Below are positions 36,360 through 45,536 of a stretch of 64,000 nucleotides of DNA, one piece after another (position 1 is the stretch's first letter; the number at the start of each line of letters is the position of its first letter). The stretch is from Vicinamibacterales bacterium (GTDB taxonomy: Bacteria; Acidobacteriota; Vicinamibacteria; Vicinamibacterales; JAMQPK01). The notes beneath the pieces are model-generated. The model did not search any database. It saw nothing but the letters and a program-made list of their open reading frames with translations, and was not told the origin of the DNA. The DNA lies in NCBI GenBank assembly GCA_963782595.1, contig CAWAKJ010000003.1, forward strand, positions 707,789 through 771,788, read 5' to 3'. Both the position numbers and the translations under genes were made by a program.

Positions 36360-37147
36360 TGTCGCTCGCGCTGCCGGCGCCGCGCCGGGCGATCCGGATG
36401 GTGCAGCGGAACCTGCTCGTCTACAAGCACACGTGGATGGTGATTGTGTCGGGCTTCTTCGAGCCGTTCTTCTACCTGCTGGGTATCGGGATCGGCCTCG
36501 GCTCGATGGTGCCGCCCATCAATGGCATCAGCTACGGCGCTTTCGTGGCGCCTGGCCTGCTCGCGTCGAGCTGCCTGAACGGCGCGATTACCGACGGCTT
36601 CTTCAACATTTTTTTCAAACTGCACTACCAGAAGACCTACGACGGCATTCTCTCCACGCCGATGCGGGTGCCCGATGTGGCCTTCGGCGAGATGTTATGG
36701 GCGCTCGGGCGGGGATCGCTGTATGCCGCCGCGTTTCTCGTCGTGCTCCTGGTGCTCGGCGAGTCGACGGGCCGCCAGATGTTGCTGTCGTGGTCGGCTG
36801 TGCTCGCGTGGCCGGCGGCGGTGCTGGCCGCGGCGTCGTTTTCCGCGATGGCAATCTGTCTGACGACGTTCGCTCGGAAAGTTCAGGATTTCGACATGGT
36901 GATGGGGCTGCTCGTGATGCCGATGTTTCTGTTCAGCGGCATCTTTGTCCCGATTGAGCGATTCCCGGGCGTGGTGCAGTGGATCATGCGCGTGACGCCT
37001 CTGTATCACGCCGTGAGCCTGCTACGCCAGCTCACGACAGGCGCCGTCAACCTGGCGATCGTGGGTCACCTGGCGTACTTAATCGTCGCCGGAGTCGCCG
37101 CATTTGCACTGGCCATGCATCGGCTGGAACGCGCGCTGATCAAATGA
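36356..37147 (+). CDS. ABC-2 permease, NodJ-like (second of two)
   Basis: Start at MMSLALP (ATGA overlap); paralogous N-terminus (VQRNLLVYKHTW); 6 TM segments. Confidence 0.85.
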   Translation: MMSLALPAPRRAIRMVQRNLLVYKHTWMVIVSGFFEPFFYLLGIGIGLGSMVPPINGISYGAFVAPGLLASSCLNGAITDGFFNIFFKLHYQKTYDGILSTPMRVPDVAFGEMLWALGRGSLYAAAFLVVLLVLGESTGRQMLLSWSAVLAWPAAVLAAASFSAMAICLTTFARKVQDFDMVMGLLVMPMFLFSGIFVPIERFPGVVQWIMRVTPLYHAVSLLRQLTTGAVNLAIVGHLAYLIVAGVAAFALAMHRLERALIK

Positions 37148-37161
37148 CTGAAAATGCGAAA

Positions 37162-37208
37162 CAGGAGATTAGGAGTTCAGGAGGATTTTTCTTTCTCCTA
37201 ATCTCCTG
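37162..37208 (+). terminator. 14-bp perfect hairpin built from AGGAGAT-type heptamers
   Basis: CAGGAGATTAGGAG-(19 nt loop)-CTCCTAATCTCCTG between the permease stop and the deacetylase start. Confidence 0.5.
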
Positions 37209-37227
37209 ATCTCCTGTTGTATTTCCG

Positions 37228-37932
37228 ATGTTCATTTTCCTCGCAATCGGCGCAGCCGTGACCGCGCTGGCGCACATGTGGCCGGCGCCGTTCGTCATCG
37301 ACTGGATGGCTGGCGAGCGGGCAGTGTGGGAGATGCCCCGGACCGACACGCCTACGGTCTATCTGACCTACGACGACGGCCCGAATCCCTCGACGACGCC
37401 GGATCTGCTCGACGTCTTGAAGGCGGAGCAGGTACCGGCCACGTTCTTCATCATCGACGCGCACCTCGACGAGGGCACGGCGCCCATCGTGACGCGTGCC
37501 TTTGCAGAAGGGCATTCGGTTGCGCTTCACTCGGCAACCCGCCGCTTCATGTTGATGACGCCGGCCCAGCTTGGTCGAACGCTGACGGCGGCGGCCAACC
37601 GGATCGAACTGCTCGCCGGCTCGCGCCCGTGCCGCGCGTTTCGTCCTCACGCCGGCTGGCGCGGCGCCCAGATGTATGCCGGCATCAGCGCGCTCGACTA
37701 CCGGATGATCGGCTTTGGCTGGATGTTGTGGGACTTCAACTGGTTCCGTCCGCGAAACGCCAACAGCACCGTCCGCCGGATCGCGCCCCGCATCTCCGAT
37801 GGCGACATCGTCGTCCTGCACGATGGCGACGAATCGGCCCCGACGCGCGACCAGCGCCACACCGTCGAGGCGACCCGCCAACTGATTCCCGAGCTGCGCG
37901 CGCGCGGGTTCATGTTCGGCAAGGTCTGTTAG
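37228..37932 (+). CDS. polysaccharide deacetylase (NodB-homology domain), membrane-anchored
   Basis: N-terminal TM helix; VYLTYDDGPNP (TFDDG motif 1), HS..H-type motif (ALHSATRRF), LHDG. Confidence 0.88.
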   Translation: MFIFLAIGAAVTALAHMWPAPFVIDWMAGERAVWEMPRTDTPTVYLTYDDGPNPSTTPDLLDVLKAEQVPATFFIIDAHLDEGTAPIVTRAFAEGHSVALHSATRRFMLMTPAQLGRTLTAAANRIELLAGSRPCRAFRPHAGWRGAQMYAGISALDYRMIGFGWMLWDFNWFRPRNANSTVRRIAPRISDGDIVVLHDGDESAPTRDQRHTVEATRQLIPELRARGFMFGKVC

Positions 37933-37940
37933 TCGCACAG

Positions 37941-37958
37941 GTCCGGCTGAAGCCGGAC
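37941..37958. repeat. REP-like palindrome family B, copy 1
   Basis: GTCCGGCTGAAGCCGGAC between convergent genes (stops at 37932 and 37967). Confidence 0.7.
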
Positions 37959-37966
37959 ACTACGTA

Positions 37967-38632
37967 CTACGGCTCGACGATGCCTTCGCGGATCGCGTAG
38001 CGCACGAGATGGCTCAGCGAGTTGAGCCGGAGCTTGCGCATGATGTTCAGCCGGTGGGCTTCGACCGTCTTGACGCTGATGCTCAGCCGTGTCGCGGTTT
38101 CCTTGTTGCTGTGGCCTTCGCACAGCAGCTGGATGATCTCGCGCTCGCGAGGGGTCGCTTTCGGCGTCCGGAGCTCGTCTGACTCCGGCGACTGATAGCG
38201 CCGCATATAGCTGTCCAGGGCTTCTTCGGCAAGCTGCCCGGTGAGGAACGGCTTGTGGCGGCTCAATGCCGTCACGGCGGCGACGAGGCTCGTCACGCCG
38301 TCGGACTTCAGCACATATCCGCGCGCGCCCGCCTGCAGCACCTGCTGGGCCATCTCTACTGAGTGAAGGATGGTCATGACGAGCACCTCCGTTTTGGGCG
38401 ATGCCTCGAGAATTTGCCGGATGGCCTCGAGCGCACTCTGCGGATGCGAGGCGTCGAGCACGACCACGTCGGGGTTGAGGCGTCGTGCGTCTTCCACAGC
38501 GGAGGCGCCCACGGCTGTTTCTCCGACGATGTCGAGATTTTCCTGGGATTCGAGGCCCGACCGGATGCCCAGCCTTGCGACTGGATGGTCGTCCACGATG
38601 AGAATTCGAATCTGGTCTGTTGTTACAGTCAT
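37967..38632 (-). CDS. NarL/FixJ-family response regulator
   Basis: Receiver domain (ILIVDDHPV, VVVLD) and LuxR-type HTH (LTPREREIIQLLCEGHSNKETATRLSISVKTVEAHR). Confidence 0.93.
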   Translation of the reverse strand: MTVTTDQIRILIVDDHPVARLGIRSGLESQENLDIVGETAVGASAVEDARRLNPDVVVLDASHPQSALEAIRQILEASPKTEVLVMTILHSVEMAQQVLQAGARGYVLKSDGVTSLVAAVTALSRHKPFLTGQLAEEALDSYMRRYQSPESDELRTPKATPREREIIQLLCEGHSNKETATRLSISVKTVEAHRLNIMRKLRLNSLSHLVRYAIREGIVEP

Positions 38633-38715
38633 GCTACCTAGCTTAAAAATAGTTCGCTCGACGATGAATCAGTGAGCGACTCGACTTTCTGTGAGGAAGT
38701 ACCTACAGCGGCGGG

Positions 38716-39348
38716 TCAATCAATCAGTCTGTTCTCTAGAGCATACCGTACGATGTCGGCGTTTGTCCTGAACGCCATTTTCTCGAGGACGCGCGCGCGG
38801 TAGGTACTCACCGTTTTGTCGCTGAGCGCGAGCATGGCGGCGATCTCGCTGACGCTCTTGCCGCGCCCGAGGAGTCGCATCACTTCGAACTCGCGGTCCG
38901 ACAGCAGGTCGTGCGAGGGCTGGTCGAGATCGCGGCCGAGATCGCTCACCAGCAGCTCGGCGAGGGCGGGACTGATGTAGCGCGTGCCCGAGAGCACCTT
39001 CTTGATCGCGGAAGAGAGCTCGGCCCGCGGACTGTCCTTGGTGACATATCCGGAGGCGCCCGAACGATACGCACGACGCGCGTACTGCTCCTCGGCGTGC
39101 ATGGTCAGGACGAGCACCGGCATGTTCGGCCGAATCTCTTTGAGCTCTTTGAGCACTTCCAGGCCGCTGTGATCGCGAAGGGAGATATCCAGCACGGCGA
39201 GATCCCAGCGCTCGTCGCGCGAGAGCTTGAGCGCGTCCTGTGCGGTGGCGGCTTCGCCGAAGACCGCATCGTCGGCAAACTCGCGGACGATGCTTTTCAG
39301 CCCGTCGCGCACGACCTGATGGTCGTCGATGAGCAGCACGCGCCTCAT
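38716..39348 (-). CDS. NarL/FixJ-family response regulator
   Basis: Start at MRRVLLIDDHQVV (ATGA overlap with the kinase stop); LuxR-type HTH (LSDREFEVMRLLGRGKSVSEIAAMLALSDKTVSTYR). Confidence 0.93.
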   Translation of the reverse strand: MRRVLLIDDHQVVRDGLKSIVREFADDAVFGEAATAQDALKLSRDERWDLAVLDISLRDHSGLEVLKELKEIRPNMPVLVLTMHAEEQYARRAYRSGASGYVTKDSPRAELSSAIKKVLSGTRYISPALAELLVSDLGRDLDQPSHDLLSDREFEVMRLLGRGKSVSEIAAMLALSDKTVSTYRARVLEKMAFRTNADIVRYALENRLID

Positions 39349-40721
39349 GCCGCAACCCTGGTCGAGAGTGGAATCGTCACCGCAAGTGTCGTGCCCTGCC
39401 CCGGCTGGCTCGTGATATCGACCGTTCCATCGATGAGTGCGGCGCGCTCGCGCATGCCCAGCAGCCCGAGCGATTGGCGTGAATGGACGTGTCCGCGGCT
39501 CATGCCCCTCCCGTTGTCCGAGATCTCGAGCAGAAGATACTCGCCCGCGACTGTCGCCCGGACCTCGACGCGTGTGGCGTCCGCGTGCCGGAGCACATTT
39601 GTCAGCGCCTCCTGGAAGATGCGAAATGCCGCAGTCGCGGCCTCGCTGGAGAGCTCCGCACGCTCGGCCGGAATCTGATAGTGACAAAGGATGCCCGTTC
39701 GCCGCTCGAACTGCGACGCCTCCCATTGGATGGCGTCGAGCAATCCGAGATCGTCCAGAATGCCGGGTCGGAGATCCGATGAGATCTGTTTGACCGTTGC
39801 CATAATCGCTTCGACCCGCCTGACCGCGCCGTTCAGGCGGTGGTCGCCGACGGATTCCAGTTCCCACTTGAGTCCCGTCAGCGCCGAGCCCAGCTCGTCG
39901 TGAATCTCGCGGGCCAGACGCGCCCGCTCCTGTTCGCGAGTCGATTGCAACTGTCCGGCGAGCGCACTCAACTGGTCGGCACGACGCCGTTGTGCGCGAT
40001 CGACGAGCGACGTCAATAAGGCGACGATCAGTAAAGTGGCCGGCACGACGCTGACTCCGAGAAGCCCGATCGACTGGATGCTGACCAGATGCGACGCATC
40101 GCGCGGGAAAGCGTTCATCGAGAACAGGACACCGGTCATGGCGGTGTAGTACATCGCCGGATTCGCGAGGCCGCGCAGGATGGATGCCCCGTGCACCCCG
40201 GCCCAGCGAACCCGTGTTCCTTCGGTGGCGTCCACGCTGATTCGGAACGCGAGACACGAAATCGACACCGCGACCGCCACCGAAAGGATGATGACTGGGA
40301 TGAAGTGATATTGGGCGAACGGGACTCGGACAGCCGCCATTGCCGTGTAGTGAAGCCCGGCGATGTTGATGCCACCGAGTGCCAGGCCGGCGCCCATCCG
40401 TCTGAGAACCGTGATGGGGCCGCGGCGTATGAAAATCAAAGCGAGTGCCGAGCCGGCCATCCCCACGAACAGCGACAGGATGACGCCGCGTCGATCGAGC
40501 AGCAGGGGCGTGGGAAGCCTCAGGCCCAGCATGGCGGTGTAGTTCATCGACCATGTGCCGATCCCGTCGACGACGGTGGCCACGGCAAACCACATCAGCC
40601 AGAGTCGTTGGTTCTTCGACGCTCGCATGCGCGCGGCCAGATCGCGCGCCGCATAGGCGGCCATCATCGCGAGAGCGATCGACAGCACGACGAACCGGAC
40701 ATCATGGCGAGCGTAGAACAC
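39345..40721 (-). CDS. sensor histidine kinase with N-terminal MHYT membrane domain (HisKA_3 / HATPase_c)
   Basis: Three MHYT-type motifs (MNYTAM, LHYTAM, MYYTAM) in a 7-TM region; H-box AREIHDELG; HATPase (DNGRGM, GLLGMRERA). Confidence 0.9.
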   Translation of the reverse strand: MFYARHDVRFVVLSIALAMMAAYAARDLAARMRASKNQRLWLMWFAVATVVDGIGTWSMNYTAMLGLRLPTPLLLDRRGVILSLFVGMAGSALALIFIRRGPITVLRRMGAGLALGGINIAGLHYTAMAAVRVPFAQYHFIPVIILSVAVAVSISCLAFRISVDATEGTRVRWAGVHGASILRGLANPAMYYTAMTGVLFSMNAFPRDASHLVSIQSIGLLGVSVVPATLLIVALLTSLVDRAQRRRADQLSALAGQLQSTREQERARLAREIHDELGSALTGLKWELESVGDHRLNGAVRRVEAIMATVKQISSDLRPGILDDLGLLDAIQWEASQFERRTGILCHYQIPAERAELSSEAATAAFRIFQEALTNVLRHADATRVEVRATVAGEYLLLEISDNGRGMSRGHVHSRQSLGLLGMRERAALIDGTVDITSQPGQGTTLAVTIPLSTRVAA

Positions 40722-40759
40722 ACAATCCGCGTTGCATCAACGATGCCCGCCCTGTACGC

Positions 40760-40794
40760 GTAAGGCGGGTCTTGAAGTTCAAGACCCGCCCTAC
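40760..40794. repeat. REP-like palindrome family A, copy 3
   Basis: GTAAGGCGGGTCTTGAAGTTCAAGACCCGCCCTAC just past the stop of the gene ending at 40803. Confidence 0.8.
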
Positions 40795-40802
40795 GTACGA
40801 AT

Positions 40803-41456
40803 CTACGCGATCGCCGGGAGACGCTGCCCGCGTCTGGCGATCCATTCGAGGGACAACCCCGTCAGGCACCCGGCAAGGATGATGATCGCAGCCGAGAGCC
40901 ACGGACGTCCACCGCCGTACACAAGCGGGAAGTGATTACTGATCATGAAGAGAATGACGGCAGGTGCGAGGATGGCATTGTGCGTGACACGTTGCGGGCG
41001 TTGGTGAGTGTTGTTCACCATGATGGTGCCAAGGATGGCGCCCAGGTGGATGAACACTGCGCGTCCGGTCATGAACTGAATGAGGCCCTGGGCGATAGCA
41101 CTGAGGATCGCGATCGATATCATCGCCGCAAGGGCTGGCCGCCCAGCCAGGAGAGTCCATACGGCATCGTACAGGAGCCAACTGAGGAACATGACGGCCA
41201 CTCCTACACCGAGGGCCATGCCCCACGACTGGGTGGGCGTTGTCAGCGCGCCTCCGCCGTAGTACACGAAGATGAGCAAGGTGAATCCTGTGAGCCATGT
41301 CGCGCCGCTCGCGGCTCGCATCAACAGGTCCGGCCGGACCGGCTGAAAGCGTGCAGAGAAGCTCAGCGACCACACATGACCAATCCACAGGACGGCCGTG
41401 ACGACGTGGAGCCACCGGAACACGAGATGGTGAAGCTCGCTGCCGTTCATCTCCAA
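40803..41456 (-). CDS. integral membrane protein (PuuD N-terminal-like domain), unknown function
   Basis: 217 aa, about 6 TM; N-terminus RWLHVVTAVLWIGHVW resembles the membrane domain of urate hydroxylase PuuD (from memory). Confidence 0.6.
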   Translation of the reverse strand: MEMNGSELHHLVFRWLHVVTAVLWIGHVWSLSFSARFQPVRPDLLMRAASGATWLTGFTLLIFVYYGGGALTTPTQSWGMALGVGVAVMFLSWLLYDAVWTLLAGRPALAAMISIAILSAIAQGLIQFMTGRAVFIHLGAILGTIMVNNTHQRPQRVTHNAILAPAVILFMISNHFPLVYGGGRPWLSAAIIILAGCLTGLSLEWIARRGQRLPAIA

Positions 41457-41487
41457 ACGTTAGACGTATACTGACTCTCTGAGTTCC

Positions 41488-42987
41488 ATGCCGCCTGCCG
41501 TCGATCCGGCCTTTCTCGCACTTCCGCTCGATCGTGTCGCCGACGCGGCGCTTGCCGCCGCCAGGGAACGTGGTGCTACGCACGTGGACTTCCGTATCGA
41601 GCGCTTGCGGACCCAGATCATCGTCGCTCGCGATCGTGAGCTGCAGACGTCGGTCGAAAGCGAGGCGGTCGGCTTCAGCGTGCGCGTCGTCTGCAACGGA
41701 GCCTGGGGATTTGCCGCCGGCATCGATCTGACGACCGATGCCGCCGCCGCCGTGGCGCGGCGCGCCGTGGCGGTCGCCGAATCGCTCGCGCGCCTCAATG
41801 CCGATCCGGTCACCCTTGCCGACGAGCCGGTCTACGCCGATACCTACGTGTCCCGCTACGACATCGACCCGTTCACGGTCGCTGAAGACGAGAAGATCAA
41901 CTTCCTGCTGGGGCTGAACGACCGTGCGCTCGCATCGAAGCGGATCGACCGCGTGACCTCGTATCTGATGCTCGTGCGCGAGCAGAAGTACTTCGCGTCC
42001 CTCAAAGGCTCGCGCATCACGCAGCAGCGCGTTCGAGTGAAGGGCGATCTCACCGCGGTTCGCATCGACAAGTCGACGGGTGCGTTCGAAACGATGGGGA
42101 ATGCCGCGCCCCCCGCCGGCCGGGGCTGGGAGTACTTCACGAACGGCCATGACTGGAAGAAGGATGCCGACGAGATTCCGATGCTGCTCGAGGAGAAGAT
42201 GTCTTCGCCCTCGATTGTTCCCGGGCGCTACGACATCGTGATCGATCCGACCAACCTCTGGCTGACCATTCACGAATCGATCGGCCACTCGACGGAGCTC
42301 GATCGCGTACTTGGATACGAGGCGAACTACGCAGGCACGTCGTTCGCGACGCTCGACAAGCTGAACACTCTGCAGTTCGGCGCCGCGATGATGCATGTGA
42401 CGGGCGACCGCCAGGTCGCCCACGGCCTCTCGACAGTCGGCTATGACGACGAGGGAGTGGCGGCGCAGACGTGGGACATCATCCGCGACGGCGTGCTCGT
42501 GGGCTATCAGCTCGATCGGCAGATGGCCCACAAGCAGGGCTTCGGCCGCTCGAACGGGTGCGCCTTCGCCGATCAGGCCGGTCACGTTCCCCTGCAACGC
42601 ATGCCGAACGTGTCGCTTGGCGCGAGCGAGAAGGACGTGACGCTGACGGATTTGCTGGCTGGCCTCGACGAAGGCCTCTACGTCGTCGGCGACAAGAGCT
42701 GGTCGATCGACATGCAGAGGTACAACTTTCAGTTCACCGGCCAGAAATTCTTTCATGTCCGCGGGGGAAAAATCGTCGGGCAGTTCAAGGATGTGGCCTA
42801 CCAGTCGCGCACGACCGATTTCTGGAATGCGATGGAGGCGGTCGGCGGCCCCGCGACCTACGTGCTGGGCGGCGCGTTCAATTGCGGCAAGGGCCAGCCA
42901 GGCCAGATTGCGCCCGTGTCGCACGGATGTCCGGCCGCGCTCTTTCGCGGCATCAACATCCTGAACACCGCCGAGGAGGGGCGCTGA
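41488..42987 (+). CDS. tldD: TldD family metalloprotease
   Basis: HESIGHSTELD (HExxxH) motif; typical TldD length and C-terminal GxC...G pattern. Confidence 0.9.
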   Translation: MPPAVDPAFLALPLDRVADAALAAARERGATHVDFRIERLRTQIIVARDRELQTSVESEAVGFSVRVVCNGAWGFAAGIDLTTDAAAAVARRAVAVAESLARLNADPVTLADEPVYADTYVSRYDIDPFTVAEDEKINFLLGLNDRALASKRIDRVTSYLMLVREQKYFASLKGSRITQQRVRVKGDLTAVRIDKSTGAFETMGNAAPPAGRGWEYFTNGHDWKKDADEIPMLLEEKMSSPSIVPGRYDIVIDPTNLWLTIHESIGHSTELDRVLGYEANYAGTSFATLDKLNTLQFGAAMMHVTGDRQVAHGLSTVGYDDEGVAAQTWDIIRDGVLVGYQLDRQMAHKQGFGRSNGCAFADQAGHVPLQRMPNVSLGASEKDVTLTDLLAGLDEGLYVVGDKSWSIDMQRYNFQFTGQKFFHVRGGKIVGQFKDVAYQSRTTDFWNAMEAVGGPATYVLGGAFNCGKGQPGQIAPVSHGCPAALFRGINILNTAEEGR

Positions 42988-44348
42988 TCACTCTCCAGGA
43001 GACCATCGATCGCGTGCTGCATCTGTCGAAAGCTGATGGCTGCATGGTCCTTGCACGACGTGTCGCCAACGTCAACATCCGCTGGGCGCACAATATGGTG
43101 ACGACCAACGGCGACACAGACGAGGTGCAGTTGTCGGTGATGTCAATCATCGGTCGCCGCGTCGCGGCGGTGACGCGCACCTACTTTCCGCCCGAGCGTC
43201 TCGAAGAGATCGTGCGTGAGACCGAAGCGGCATGCATGCGCCGTCCCGAAGCGCCCGACTGTATGCCGCTCATAGAAGGGACCGGCGTCCCGGTGGACTG
43301 GAACGCGCCCCCCGGCGATGCCGACATCCATGTCTTCGACCCGCTCGTACCCGAACTGGGCAGGTTGTTCGAGCACGCCAGGCGCGCGGACATTGCGACG
43401 TTCGGCTATGCCGAGTTTCGCACGGAGACCACGCTGCTCGCGACGTCCACCGGGTTGAGAAAACGGGACACCGAGCGTATCGGCAAGGTCGAAATCACCG
43501 CGAAAACGCCTGATTTCGCGCGCTCCTCGTGGGTCGGGCAGGCGACGCACGACTTTCTCGACATCGATCTCCGGGCGATGTTCGATCGGTTGCAGGAGCG
43601 TCTCGGTTGGGCTGCCCGCCGCATCGAGATGCCCGCCGGTTCCTACGAAGTGCTGCTCGAGCCGTCGTGTGCCGCAGACCTGGCGATTGGCGCCTACTCG
43701 TTCATGGCCCGCCGGGATGCCGACGAAGGGCGCAGTCCGTTTTCCAAACCGGGGGGCAGCACGCTGCTGGGCGAGCGATTGTTCGGCGATGTAACCATCT
43801 ACTCGAATCCAGCGGAGCCAGGCATCGAGGCGGCGCCGTTTCACGCTGGCGTCGAATCCGGAGAGGCTTCGTCTGTCTTCGATAACGGCCTCGAGCTCTC
43901 GCGTACCGACTGGGCGCACAAGGGAGTCCTGCAACATCTCGTGACGCCGCGCTACTGGGCGGAGAAGATGGGGCTCTCGACGTCGGTGCCGTTCATCAAC
44001 AACCTGGTGCTGGATGGGAGTGGACCGTCGATCGCCGAGATGATCGCCCAAACCGAGCGTGCGCTGCTCGTGACGTGCCTCTGGTACATCCGGGTCGTCG
44101 ATCCGCAGACGGCGCTCGTCACCGGACTCACGCGCGACGGTGTGTTCCTGGTCGAGCGAGGTCAGGTGAAAGGCGCGGTCAACAACTTCCGGTGGAATAT
44201 GAGCCCGATTGCCGCGCTTGCACAGGCAACACAAATCGGTCGGACCGGCCTGGCCCTGCCCCGCGAACACGACGAATTTCTGCGCTCGAAGGCGCCGGCG
44301 CTGCGCGTCGAGCGCTTCAACATGAGCTCGGTAAGCGAAGCCCGGTAG
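42984..44348 (+). CDS. pmbA: PmbA/TldE family protein (start codon uncertain)
   Basis: PmbA-like N-terminus LITLQETIDRVLHLSKADGCMVLA follows a GGAGG RBS but has no ATG/GTG/TTG there; in-frame candidates are CTG 42984, ATG 42927 (61-nt overlap) and GTG 43014. Confidence 0.8.
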   Translation: MITLQETIDRVLHLSKADGCMVLARRVANVNIRWAHNMVTTNGDTDEVQLSVMSIIGRRVAAVTRTYFPPERLEEIVRETEAACMRRPEAPDCMPLIEGTGVPVDWNAPPGDADIHVFDPLVPELGRLFEHARRADIATFGYAEFRTETTLLATSTGLRKRDTERIGKVEITAKTPDFARSSWVGQATHDFLDIDLRAMFDRLQERLGWAARRIEMPAGSYEVLLEPSCAADLAIGAYSFMARRDADEGRSPFSKPGGSTLLGERLFGDVTIYSNPAEPGIEAAPFHAGVESGEASSVFDNGLELSRTDWAHKGVLQHLVTPRYWAEKMGLSTSVPFINNLVLDGSGPSIAEMIAQTERALLVTCLWYIRVVDPQTALVTGLTRDGVFLVERGQVKGAVNNFRWNMSPIAALAQATQIGRTGLALPREHDEFLRSKAPALRVERFNMSSVSEAR

Positions 44349-44372
44349 GCAGTCGTTACAATAAGACAACTG

Positions 44373-45536
44373 ATGCCGCTACCCCTGGGTCTCAAGACGG
44401 ATATTCGTGTGCTTGTGGGCGACGGAACGATCGATCAACTCGGAGCGCTGGCAGGAGAGCTCGGGTTCACGCGCACGCTGCTCGTTGCCGACGCCGGCCT
44501 GGTAAGAGCCGGTCATCACGAGCACGCCCGTGCGTCGCTCGAGGCTGCCGGCGTGCACACCCTCGACTTCAGCGATTTTGGTCCGAATCCCGATGCCGAC
44601 ATGCTCGAGGCGGGGCGCCGGCGTGTCGTGGGGAAGGCCATCGACTCGATTGTCGGTCTCGGGGGTGGCAGCTCGCTCGATTGCGCCAAGGGCATCAACT
44701 TCGTGTTGACGCAGGGCGGCACGATTCACGATTTTCATGGGTACGGCAAGGCCACCAGGCCGATGCTGCCAATGATCGGCGTGCCGACCACAGCCGGCAC
44801 CGGCAGCGAAGCGCAATCGTATGCCCTTATCTCGGATCCGAAGACCCACAATAAGATGGCGTGCGGCGATCCGAAAGCCGCGTTTCGCGCGGTGATTCTG
44901 GATCCGCGCCTGACGCTGACGCAGCCGTCTTCGGTGACGGCGGCTGCCGGCTACGATGCGATTGCGCACGCGGTCGAAAGCTTCGTCTGCACGAAGCGCA
45001 ATCCGGACTCGCGAGAGATGTCGCTGGAGGCGTGGCGGCTGCTCGAACGCCATTACGAACGCGTGCTGGCGTCGCCCGGAGATCTCGAAGCTCGCGCGGC
45101 GATGCAGCTCGGCGCGTTCTGCGCCGGGACGGCCATCGAGCGTTCGATGCTCGGTGCCACGCACGCCTGCGCAAATCCGCTGACCGCGCGCTACGGCACG
45201 ACTCATGGCGATGCCATCGCCATCCTGTTACCGCACGTCGTACGATGGAACGGCGGCGAGGCCGGATCGCTCTATGCTGAGCTCGTCGCGGCGTCGAGCA
45301 CGTTTGAGCGCCGAAGCGCACTGCTAGAAGGCACGACCGCCGCGGACGTGCTGGCCGCCCGGCTCGCAGCGCTCGCTGCTGTCGGAGGATTGCCGACGAC
45401 GCTCAGAGATGCCGGTGCGTCCTCGGGAGACGTGGCCGCGCTGGCGCGCGATGCCGCGGACCAATGGACAGGCCGATTCAATCCGCGCCCGTTCGATGCC
45501 GCGGGTGCGCGGGAGATTTACGAATGCGCGTTTTGA
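44373..45536 (+). CDS. iron-containing (group III) alcohol dehydrogenase
   Basis: GGGSSLDCAK, PTTAGTGSE and His-rich metal-site blocks (AHAVES..., THGDA). Confidence 0.9.
   Translation: MPLPLGLKTDIRVLVGDGTIDQLGALAGELGFTRTLLVADAGLVRAGHHEHARASLEAAGVHTLDFSDFGPNPDADMLEAGRRRVVGKAIDSIVGLGGGSSLDCAKGINFVLTQGGTIHDFHGYGKATRPMLPMIGVPTTAGTGSEAQSYALISDPKTHNKMACGDPKAAFRAVILDPRLTLTQPSSVTAAAGYDAIAHAVESFVCTKRNPDSREMSLEAWRLLERHYERVLASPGDLEARAAMQLGAFCAGTAIERSMLGATHACANPLTARYGTTHGDAIAILLPHVVRWNGGEAGSLYAELVAASSTFERRSALLEGTTAADVLAARLAALAAVGGLPTTLRDAGASSGDVAALARDAADQWTGRFNPRPFDAAGAREIYECAF

Noticed and set aside
40936-42924. 662-aa ORF antisense to tldD (similar cases at 43143-44369, 34666-35928, 49957-51333 and 61704-63344)
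   Set aside because: These long stop-free antisense frames are expected at this GC content. Their translations are low-complexity and R/H/P-rich, while the opposite strands encode recognisable families.
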